From: Phyllobates terribilis
Taxonomy: Eukaryota
Direction of reading: 5' to 3'
DNA: 64,000 nucleotides
NCBI RefSeq assembly: GCF_046119375.1
Contig: NW_027362761.1
Coordinates: 1,051,458,001-1,051,522,000, forward strand
The position numbers were made by a program, and so were the translations under genes. Below the pieces are notes generated by a model that worked only from the letters and a program-made list of their open reading frames with translations, searched no databases and was not told the DNA's origin. This document shows, piece by piece, positions 10,033 through 20,259 of this stretch (the first letter of the stretch is position 1; the number at the start of each line of letters is the position of its first letter).

Positions 10033-13000
10033 CCGGTTCCCGACCGCCCACTGTACATAAACGTCCGCGCTGCCTGGGCTCTGTGCAGCGCGGACGTTTA
10101 AAAACGGTGGGTGGTCTCGCAGCGCTCAGGACCCCCAGGGTCCTGCAAGCGCTGCGATTCCAGTGCAGAGCGTTAGCTCTGACAGGGAACATCAGCAGGA
10201 CCTGATTGGATCAGGTCCCAGTGATGTTAACCCTTTGCTGTCTTCTATATGCTGCCATCTATAGTGATCGCGGCATATAGGAGACAGCAGGAGGAGAGGG
10301 GGTCGTCTTACCTCCGAAGACCTCCGATTCCTTCCAGGACCTGGGGTTGCTATGGCAGCTGGAGGTCACATGACCGCCTCCAGCTCTGCCATATATGGTG
10401 TCCTGTCTGGCTCAGCCTGCAAGCTGAGCCAGACAGGAGACTCTGACTGAAACAGGGAAGATCTCATGTAATGTAATGTAATATATGTCTATTACATTAC
10501 ATGAGATCAGTGATCAGAAAAATAAAAATTATTGTCCCATACAGGGACTAAGTAAAAATGTAAAAAAAAGTAAAAAAAAAAGTTTTTAAACTGTTAAAAA
10601 AAAATCACAAAATAAATAAAAATAAATAAATAAAATATTAAACCAATAAATCCGTATATTTTTACAAAACCAAAAAAAGAACACATATTTGGTATCGCCG
10701 TGTCCAAAACATCCCGAGCTATAAAACTGTCACACTAATTAACTCCTTCTGTGCACACCGTAATAAAAATAAATAAAAAACGGAGCAAAAAAATATGCTT
10801 TTTCGTCATATCGCCAAACAAAAAGTGGAAAAAAATGCGATCAAAAAGCAAAATAGAAATAAAAATGGTACCGCTGAAAACGTAATCTTGTTCCGCAAAA
10901 AACAAGCTGTCATACAGCTCCATCAGTCGAAAAATAAAAAAGTTATAGTGCTCAGAATAAAGCAATGCAAAAAAAATATTTTTTTCGATAAATTTGTTTT
11001 ATTGTGTAAAAGCGCCAAAACATAAAAAAAATACAGTAAGTGTAGTATCGCTGTAAACGTACTGACCCGAAGAATAACGCTGCCTGATCACTTTTACCAC
11101 ACGCAGAACGGCATAAAAAAAAACCTCAAAGAACAATTCCTGAATTGTTTTTTGTTAATTTTACCTCCCAAAAAACGGAATAGAAAGCGATCAAAAAATG
11201 TCATGTACCCAAAAATGGTGCCAATAAAAATGTCAACTCGTCCCGCAAAAAACAAGCCATCACATGACTGTCGGCCGAAATATGGAAAAATTATAGCTCT
11301 CAAAATATGGTGATGCAAAAGCTAGATTTTGCAAAAAAAAGCGTCTTTTAGTGTGTGACAGCTGTCAGTCATAAAAACCCGATATAAATCTGGTATCTCT
11401 GTAATCGCACCGACCCGAAGAATAAAGTGATCTCATCACTTATACCGCACGAGGAGCGGCGTAAAAAATAAATAAAACCAATTCTTCACCTGCTACTGAT
11501 TTGTTTATTATGTCTCCGAAAGATCGCAGTAAGGCTCTGCTCACATTTATCCTGCGCTCTGCGCTGAGCACTTACACCAGAGTTTCCGTGTAAATCTCTG
11601 AAATACGTGATTCAGCCAGAACCCATGACGGAAGATTCCCTGTAACGAGGCAGATATAGACCACTGTGGACGCCGTCTAGCCTGGGATCCCACGGTGTCA
11701 TTTGTTTTACGCGTGCATAAAAGTGCGGTTGGCCAGTTTTGTGCACTTCTGAAAAAAAGGACACCGCTAAACAGAGGCCAGACAGAGTCCAGAGTAACTC
11801 TGCTGCCTCATTACAGTGAATGGATCCCGCAGGGGTTTCATTTGAATTTCATCTTTAGGAAATTTAGATGGAAACCCCGATGTAAGTGCTCAGCCTAGAG
11901 CGCCAGATAAATGTTACATAAAATGTTCCCAATAAAAGCTTCAACTCAGTCCTCAAAAAAAGCTAGTCCCCACTCAGGTCTGTCATCTGTTAAAAATATA
12001 AGGGACTTCCAAGTTACTGGTAGCAGAAAGGCTCTGGAAAAGCGAAATGGCCCTTGCCCCCCAAAAGAAATTCAGAAAATTTTGTGCTCCCAAATCCAAA
12101 TGCCTATTCTACAATAATTTGTTCTCCAATTGTCAAATAGCACTCCGTCCCCCCCAGATCTCGCCATATGGCTGAGCGGTACGATACAGCCACATATGGG
12201 GTATTGTCACTTTTAGAAGAAATTGTGTGACACATTTCGGCACCATTTTTACCCATTGCCCTGTGTAAAAATGTAAAATCTGAGGGTAAAACATTTTTTT
12301 GTTGTAAAAATATAATTATGCTTTTATCACTGCCCAATGGTATAAATTTAAAAATTAAAAAATACTCACTACTTCCCTAGATGAATTCCTTGAGAGGTGT
12401 AGTCTACAAAATGGGGTCACTTGTGGGGGTTTCTGCTGTTTTGGCATGTCAGCGACTCTTCAAATGTGACATGGTGTCTGCCACCTATCCCAGCCAACAT
12501 AGCGCTCCTTCCCTTTCAAACCCTGCCGTGCGCCCAAACAGTGGTTTGCCTCCACATATGGGGTATCAGCGTGTTCAGGAGATTATTGCACAACAAATTT
12601 CATGGTGCAATTTTTCCTATTACCCTTATGAAAATGCAAAATTAAGGGATGAAAAACGTTTTTGTGGGAAAAATGTGAAAATTTTATTTTTACAGCTCAA
12701 TATTATAAACTTCTGTGAAGCACCTTGGGGTTCAAGGTGCTCTCCACACATCTAGATAAGTTCCCTAAGGGGTCTAGTTTCCAAAATGGTGTCTCTTGTG
12801 GGGGGTTTCCACTGTTTAGGCACATCAGGAGCTCTCCAAACACAACATGGCGTCTGCTAATTATTCAGACAAATTTTATATTCAAAAAGTCTAATGGCGC
12901 TCCTTCCCTTCCGAACCCTGCAGTGCGCCCAAACAGTGGTTTTCCCTCACATATGGGGTATCAGCACGCTCAAGAGAAATTGCACAAAAAAATTTTGGTC

Positions 13001-13682
13001 CATTTTTTCCTGTTACCCCTGTGAAAATAGAAAAAATTGGGTCTAAAGTAACATTTTTGTGAAAAAAGTTAAATGTTAATTTTTTTCTTCCACATTCCAA
13101 AAATTCCTGTGAAGCACCTGAAGGGTTAATAAAGTTCTTGAATGTGGTTTTGAGCACCTTGAGGGGTGCAGTTTTTAGAATGGTGTCACTTTTTGGTATT
13201 TTCTGTCATAAAGACCCCTCAAAGTGACTTCAAATATGATGTGGTCCCTAAAAAAATGTTTTTGTAAATTTTGTTGGAAAAATTAGAAATCGCTGGTCAA
13301 CTTTTAACCCTTATAGCTCCCTAACAAAAAAAAATTTGGGTTCCAAAATTGTGCTGATGTAAAGCAGACATGTGGGAAATGTTATTTATTAACTATTTTG
13401 TGTGACACATCTCTCTGATTTAAGGGCATGAAAATTCAAAGTTAGAAAATTGCAAAATTTTAAAATTTTTTGCCAAATTTCCAATTTTTTAACAAATAAA
13501 CGTAAGTTATATCGAAGAAATTTTACCAGTATCATGAAGTACAATATGTCACAAAAAACAATCTCAGAATCAGGGGAATATGTTGAAGCGTTCCAGAGTA
13601 ATTACTTCATAAAGTGACAGTGGTCAGAATTGAAAAAATTGGCCCGGTCACGAAGGCAAAAACAGGCTCTGGTGCGAAGTGG
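10033..13682 (+). mobile_element. Non-autonomous piggyBac-type element (3.65 kb)
   Basis: TTAA at 10029-10032 and 13683-13686; imperfect TIRs CCGGTTCCCGACC / CCACTTCGCACC; 12700-13650 is homologous to the 3' end of the large piggyBac (33560-34450); no transposase. Confidence 0.8.
11533..11914. mobile_element. Harbinger/Tourist-like MITE nested in the non-autonomous piggyBac, right tip missing
   Basis: TAA then GGCTCTGCTCACATTTATCCTGCGCTCTGCGCTGAGCACTTACA; inverted copy TGTAAGTGCTCAGCCTAGAGCGCCAGATAAATGT at 11881-11914. Confidence 0.5.
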
Positions 13683-14669
13683 TTAACAACTTCCTTACTC
13701 TAACACATGTGAAAATTACAAACAATAATCAAAGGGGTTTTTTTTTGCATTTATTGTGCATTCTTCTGTGTGAAAGGGGCATTTTTTTAAAAAAGTCAAA
13801 TTAAAAATTCCAGCATTGTAGACATTAAAATAAGACTGTCTTCCTAACATGATTAGTGTGTTTCAATTTTTTTCTTGTTGCTCATTTGTTGTAGTAGTTT
13901 AATGTACACCCATACTATGTGACAACCGCAAGTCTCACAACAATGCTGAATGCTGTTATCTCATTTTGCTATCTGGGTATGTACCCATCAAAGAAGCAAA
14001 ATAGCTAAACCCTTTTGTCACAGTGGGAGAAGAGAAAAAATTAAAATAGGAAAAAAAGGAAATAAAATACATGTTTTACTTGTTTATTTTTTTTATTAGT
14101 CCAATTTAGCAACTGTACACCCAACAACAATACTGCAGGTTGTTGCTGCATTTTTCTTTCCTAGCATGTATCTACCGACAAATGTAACATTTTTTATTAC
14201 AGACTTTTAATTGGGGGTAGGGCGAGAATAGCGGCATAACAAAAAATAAAAAAATAAAAAATCAAACATTTTACTTTTTGTATATTTGTCTTACGAGTCC
14301 AATTTGAAAAGTATATGCAAAACAATAATACTGCAAGTTGTTGACTTGCCGGATATGTTTTCCTGGCTGAGAAACCACCTGTACATCCTTTTTGGCAAAG
14401 GAGATTTAATTTGGTTGTCAAAAAATAAATAAATAAAAATTTAAGTAAATCTTCACATTTTACTGTGCAGGTCTTCACAGTCAAATTATTTCTTCTTTTT
14501 TAAAAAGCACACATGTTGCTGATTCTGAAATAATAGCAATAATTTTTGCATGGTTTGTTATGAAACCTGTTACTTTCAAAACCGCAAATCTGTTCCTGCA
14601 CCTAAAATAAAGGTATCATTTTTGCACGATTAGTTAAAAGCCACTGTTATGTCTTTTTGTAAACAGTAA

Positions 14670-15044
14670 GGGTATGTGCCCACAATGCAGATTTGATGCA
14701 GAGCATTTTTGCCTCTCCCTGGCAGAAAAAAACGCATGCTGATTTACATGAGTTTTTTTCTGCCAGGGAGAAGTGTTTTTTCAGCGTTTTTACATGCGTT
14801 TCCGCATGCGTTTTTTCAAGCGATTTTGAGCATCACTTGAAAAGTGCTTGACAAGTTGGTCACACAATATAAATCCATGTGGGTTTGCCGCGTTTCAATG
14901 TTCCTCAATGGCCGCAAATTTGCGGCATAATGGTGTGCACCATCCAAATTCACATTGCTTTGCATGGCAGATGGTTTTACAAGTGTTTTTGCGGCGTAAA
15001 AACCCAGCAAAAATGCTACAAGAACGCTACGTGGGCACATAGCC
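14670..15044. mobile_element. PIF/Harbinger (Tourist-like) MITE, 375 bp
   Basis: TIRs GGGTATGTGCCCAC / GTGGGCACATAGCC (13/14 match); TAA TSDs at 14667-14669 and 15045-15047; internal hairpin near 14718-14768. Confidence 0.85.
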
Positions 15045-15474
15045 TAAACCGAAATAGAAATGGCTCCTTATATATTCAAGAAACCTCTTGCTGCTCCACA
15101 AACAGGGAGAATTTTTGCACCGCCTCTTGTAAAAAAAAGCCACTGTTTATTCAGAATGCACCGCCTGTGTATATGCCCAAGCAACACAAGTATCTGTTCA
15201 TAAAGTGAATAATTTGGGAAACATTTTTACAATTGAAAAAGCCAAAAAAATATTTTAGTACAGTGTATTGTTTAACCCCTTAACAACATTTGCCGTACTA
15301 ATACGCGTCTGTGCCCTGGGACTTAAGAGCCAGACCCGTATTAGTACGTCATATCTTTAATGCGGCACCGCGACTTAAGTCGCGGTGACAGCATTAAAGT
15401 TACGGTGCCATCCTTCCTCCTGTTAGATGGCGTCATCATCCCGGGGGCTGTCGCCGCCCCCCGCACCAGCGATC

Positions 15475-15677
15475 GCTGTGATTGGCTGTTCAAATCTGAA
15501 CAGCCAATCACAGCATTTCTCACTGTTTCCGGCAATGTGATTGCCGGAAACAGTGATCTGCAGCCTAGGATCGGTGCTCCTATGAGCACCGATCCTAGGA
15601 TGTTGATAGGACACCCCAGCCCTGGCCCCGGACTGCTATGATCGGTGCGATCGCCAATCACATCGATCGCACCGATC
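15475..15677. repeat. Four consecutive perfect short hairpins
   Basis: Stems of 18 bp (15475-15514), 16 bp (15521-15555), 16 bp (15564-15599) and 14 bp (15640-15677). Confidence 0.9.
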
Positions 15678-15786
15678 GTAGCGCGACCGCGCGGTGACAG
15701 GGCGGTCATGGGGCGGTGACCGGCTTGTGACCTGCCTGTCACCGCCCCATGACCCCCTGTAATGTGATTCAAGCCCCCAGACTGCT

Positions 15787-16071
15787 CTGATTGGAGCGAT
15801 TGATGATGACATCGATCGCTCCAATCAGAGTACCTGAATACAGGTGACCGGCGGTCACAAGGAAGTGTCACCTCTCTGTGACCCCCTGTGGTGCGTGCTC
15901 TGCTCCAGCCATATCTGATTGGTGCAATCAGTGTCACCAATCAGATGGCTCGGGCACAACATGCACCACAGGGGGTCACAGAGGGGTGACACCTCCCTGT
16001 GACCGCCTGGTCACCTGTATTCAGGTACTCTGAATGGAGCGATCAATGTCATCAATGATTGCTCCAATCAG
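15787..16071. repeat. Long imperfect fold-back (~140-bp arms)
   Basis: CAGAGTACCTGAATACAGGTGACC...GTGACCCCCTGTGGTG on the left arm is mirrored by CACCACAGGGGGTCAC...GGTCACCTGTATTCAGGTACTCTG on the right; centre ~15925. Confidence 0.85.
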
Positions 16072-16375
16072 ATTACCTCCACCTGTCACCACCTCATCAT
16101 CACCCTGTGACCGCCCTGCAGACCCTCACATTTGGTGAGGATTTCTACAGAGCGATCACATCTGATGTGTCTGTGCTGGGCCTTGTAGTGCCACAGAATA
16201 TTCTGTGACACCACAAGACCATCTTCTCACTGTTCCAGTCGCTGCTGCTGCTGCTGCTCCTGGATCTTCTGTTCCAGCGTCCTGGATCTTGTGCTCCAGC
16301 TCCTGGATCTTCTGGTCCTGACCTGCTGTGGTTCCTGCTCCAGAGCCTGCTGCTGATCCTGCAGAGAAGACTTTG

Positions 16376-17897
16376 GTAAGTCTGTTCTCCCCTCATCCAC
16401 CCCAATCCCCCCTCCCCCCTCTTTTTACCCCCGTAACCTTTTTTTCTGCATCCTGCAGCGGTCTCCAGCTCTGGTCCGAGTCTCCAGCTCCACTCCTGGT
16501 CACCAGCGCCGGGCTCCTGGTCACCAGCGCCGGGCTCCCGGTCTCCTGCTCTGGGTCTTCTGTTCCAGTCCTGCTGACCCTTTGGTAAGTCCATCTCTGA
16601 TCTCCCCTCATCCACCCCAATCCCCCTCTTCCCACTCCCCTGTCTTTTTACCCCTCTTCCCACTCCCCTGTCTTTTTACCCCCCTTCCCACCCCAATCCG
16701 CCTCACCCCAGTGTCCCTGTTAAGTCTTTTGCTTCTGATCTCCAGCTCCAGTACCGGTCTCCTGCTCCGGGCTCCTGGTCTCCTGCACCGGGCTACTGGT
16801 CTCCTGCACCGGGTTCCTGGTCTCCTGCTCCGGGCTCCTGCTCTGGGTCTTCTGTTCCAGTCCTGCTGACCCTTTGGTAAGTCTATCTCTGTACTCCCCT
16901 CATCCACCCCAATCCCCCTCTTCCCACTCCCCTGTCTTTTTACCCCTCTTCCCACTCCCCTGTCTTTTTACCCCCCTTCCCACCCCAATCCGCCTCACCC
17001 CAGTGTCCCTGTTAATTCTTTTGCTTCTGATCTCCAGCTCCAGTACCGGTCTCCTGCTACCGGGCTCCTGCTCCGAGCTCCTGCGCCGGGCTCCCGGTCA
17101 CCAGCTTCGGGCTCCTGGTCACCAGCGCCGGGCTCCTGGTCTCCTGCACCGGGCTCCTGGTCTCCTACACCGGGCTCCCGGTCTCCTGCTCCGGGCTCCC
17201 GGTCTCCTGCTCTGGGTCTTCTGCTCCAGTCCCGCTGACCCTTTCGTAAGTCCATCTCTGATCTCTCCTCATCCACCCCAATCCCCCTCTTCCCACTCCC
17301 CTGTCTTTTTACCCCTCTTCCCACTCCCCTGTCTTTTTACCCCCCTTCCCACCCCAATCCGCCTCACACCAGTGTCCCTGTTAATTCTTTTGCTTCTGAT
17401 CTCCAGCTCCAGTACCGGTCTCCTGCTCCGGGTTCCCGGTCTCCTGCTCCGGGCCCCCAGTCTCCTGCTCCGGGCCCCCGGTCTCCTGCTCCGGGCCCCC
17501 GGTCTTCCTGCTCCGGGCTCCCGTCTTCCTGCTCCGGGCTCCCGGTCACCAGCGCCGGGCTCCCGGTCTCTTGCTCCGGGCTCCCGGTCACCAGCGCCAG
17601 TCTCCTGCTCCGGGCTCCCGTCTTCCTGCTCCGGGCTCCCGGTCACCAGCGCTGGGCTCCCGGTCACCAGCACCAGTCTCCTGCTCCGGGCTCCCGTCTT
17701 CCTGCTCCGGGCTCCTGGTCACCAGTGCCGGGCTCCCGGTCACCAGCGCCGGGCTCCAGGTCACCAGCGCCGGGCTCCTGCTCCAGGCTCCCGGTCCTGA
17801 AAGAAGAACAGAGGGGACTTTGGTAAGTAATCTGATCTCCCCTCATCCAACCCAATTCCCCTCTTCCCACTCCCCACACATTTGTGCGCACATCCAG
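16376..17897 (+). repeat. Tandemly duplicated modules with a 21-bp VNTR and GT-AG intron-like spacers
   Basis: GTAAGT at 16376, 16585, 16877, 17246 and 17823, each followed by a pyrimidine tract ending in CAG (16458, 16745, 17037, 17406, 17897); 21-bp CCGGGCTCCYGGTC(T/A)CC(T/A)GC(T/G) repeats between them. Confidence 0.8.
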
Positions 17898-18057
17898 CAG
17901 CCGCCGAGTATTGATCGGTGGCATAGTTCACCAATCCACACTCGTGCTCGCTGTTTGCACCACATACAGTATTTCCTTTTTCCACACACTCTAAATAAAG
18001 TACTGACACACACACTTTCAAAGTATTGACACACACGCACCACATACATAACAAACA

Positions 18058-19797
18058 ATGTCCGGCTCATTCCAAACTCAGTATTCAGCGGAGGAGGCAT
18101 ACGCTATTCTTGCCTCCGACACTGACAGTGAGGGTGAGGATCCCACATTTCTTTATTTTTCCGACTCCTTGTCGTCTTCCTCCTTCTCTTCTTCCTCCTT
18201 CTCTTCTTCCTCCTCTTCCTCAGGTTCTGCTAGCCCGCCCCGCCGTCGTCGCAGGACAGATGTTCTAGCGCCCCCCACTAGTGAGCCTATATGGACTTCG
18301 CCCCCCGAAAATTATGAGCCGCTGATTCCTGATTTCGTAGCGGAATCAGGAATCAAGTTTGACACCACCGGCCTCACAGAAATAGACTTTTTCAAAGTCT
18401 TTTTCTCTGAGGATTTTATAAACCTCATGGTGGGCCAAACTAATTTATACGCTCATCAATTTTTAGAACAAAACCCCTCTTCATCATTTTCTAACTGGTC
18501 TCCTGTAGACGCAGTAGAAATGATGAAGTTTTGGGGCTTGGTCCTTCTTATGGGGATCTTGAAGAAGCCCGAGCTTCGGCAATACTGGAGTGTTGACGTT
18601 TTGTATAACACTCCAGTGTTCCGAATGGTCATGCCCCGGACACGTTTTCAGGCCATCTACAAGTTCTTGCATTACCAAGATAATGCAAGGTGTCCTGCAC
18701 ACGATGACCCGAACTTTGATCGTCTTTTCAAAGTTCGGCCAGTCATCGAACACTTCAACAACAAGTTTGGTGAAGTGTACGTGCCCCAAAGGGACATCTG
18801 TGTGGATGAGTCCTTAATTTCTTTTAAGGGGCGGCTTGGATTCCGGCAGTACCTGCCCAGTAAGAGGGCAAGGTATGGGATCAAGCTGTATAAACTTTGA
18901 GAGAGTACCTCAGGATACACTCACAAGTTTAGAGTTTATGAAGGGAAGGACTCCCGGATTGAACCCCCTGAATGCCCCCCTGTTCTGGGAGTGAGTGGGA
19001 AAATTGTGTGGGACTTGGTGCACCCACTGCTTGATAAAGGTTATCACCTCTATGTGGATAACTTTTATACAAGTATCCCGCTCTTCCAGTCCCTCTCTGC
19101 GCGACGTACCGCAGCCTGCGGTACTGTCCGCAAAATTCAGAAAGGCCTCCCAAAGACGCTAATTGGGCAGCTGCTCAAAAGGGGTGAGAGCAGAGCCCAA
19201 TGTAGCGACCACCTGTTGATGGTCAAGTACAAGGACAAAAGGGATGTCCTTTCCTTGACCACCATACAAGGTGATGGCAGCACACTCAGCACTGTACGAG
19301 GTTCCACTACACAGGTCGTCAAACCAGACTGTGTAGTGGGGTACAACAAGTACATGGGGGGAGTTGATCTCTCTGATCAAGTCCTCCAGCCATACCGTGC
19401 TTTGAGAAAGGCCAGAGTGTGGTACAAGAAGCTGGCCGTGCACATTGTACAGATGGCAATGCACAACGCTTTCCTTCTGTCACGATGTGCTGGCCAGACT
19501 TCTGCGTCGTATCTTCAGTTTCAGGAAACAGTTATCAAGGCCCTGATATTTGGCAGTGGTGACAGAGCGGGCCCAAGTACTTCTGGAATTGAAGGACCAA
19601 GAATTGTACCAGGCCAGCATTTCCCAGGGCAGATCCCTCACAGCGGAATAAAAGGAAAGTCGCAAAAGAGGTGCCGAGTGTGTTACCGAAGGGAAATACG
19701 CAAGGACACCATTTACCAATGTGACACCTGCCCCGACAAACCTGGCCTGTGTATGAAACACTGCTTCAAAAGGTACCATACTTCGATGGACTATTGA
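18058..19797 (+). pseudogene. piggyBac transposase (PGBD4-like), 579 codons with one in-frame TGA at 18898-18900
   Basis: ORFs 18058-18900 and 18991-19797 share a frame and the intervening codons are open (KL*ESTSGYTHKFRVYEGK); DDD triad ICVDES / YVDNFYTS / MGGVDLSD; C-terminal Cys-rich domain CRVC...CDTC...LCMKHCFKRYH. Confidence 0.93.
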
Positions 19798-19805
19798 ATT
19801 AATTT

Positions 19806-19913
19806 CTGACGTATGACAACCTGACGAACACTGCACAGCTGACGTAGTGTTCGTCAGGTTGTCATACGTCAGTTGTGTAGTGTTCGTCAGATTGTCCTAC
19901 ACAACTGATGTAT
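19806..19913. repeat. Perfect 27-bp stem hairpin plus an overlapping 16/17-bp hairpin directly after the transposase stop
   Basis: CTGACGTATGACAACCTGACGAACACT (19806-19832) is exactly inverted at 19846-19872; second stem pairs 19864-19880 with 19897-19913. Confidence 0.9.
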
Positions 19914-20259
19914 AACACTACATTACAAAATTCAAAAATCAACTAACACTACCAAAAAGGGGGCACTTGTTAGGCATTTCACTGTTTAGGCACATCAAGG
20001 GCTCTGAGAACATGACATGAAGCCAGCAGACCATTCCATCAAAGTCTGCATTCAAAAGCGTCACTCCTTCCCTTCCGAGCCCTTACATGCGCCCAAACAG
20101 TAGTTTTTTTCCAACACATGGGGTATATGAGTACTCAGGAGAAATTGCACAACAACTTATGGGGTGCAATTTCTCCTGGTACCCTTGTGAAAATATTTTT
20201 TTTTGCATTTTTGTGAAAAAAATGTTTTTTTTTTATTTTCACAAGTCAACATTATGATT

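Noticed and set aside
16145-17800. Long Pro/Leu/Arg-rich ORFs (e.g. 16874-17800, 308 aa)
   Set aside because: They are translations of a stop-free 21-bp VNTR and pyrimidine tracts, open on both strands; no domain signal.
18898-19872. Selenocysteine recoding of the in-frame TGA (at a Cys position) via the downstream hairpin
   Set aside because: The hairpin's ATGA is fully Watson-Crick paired and lacks the tandem G-A quartet of a SECIS; a single nonsense substitution or sequencing error is simpler.
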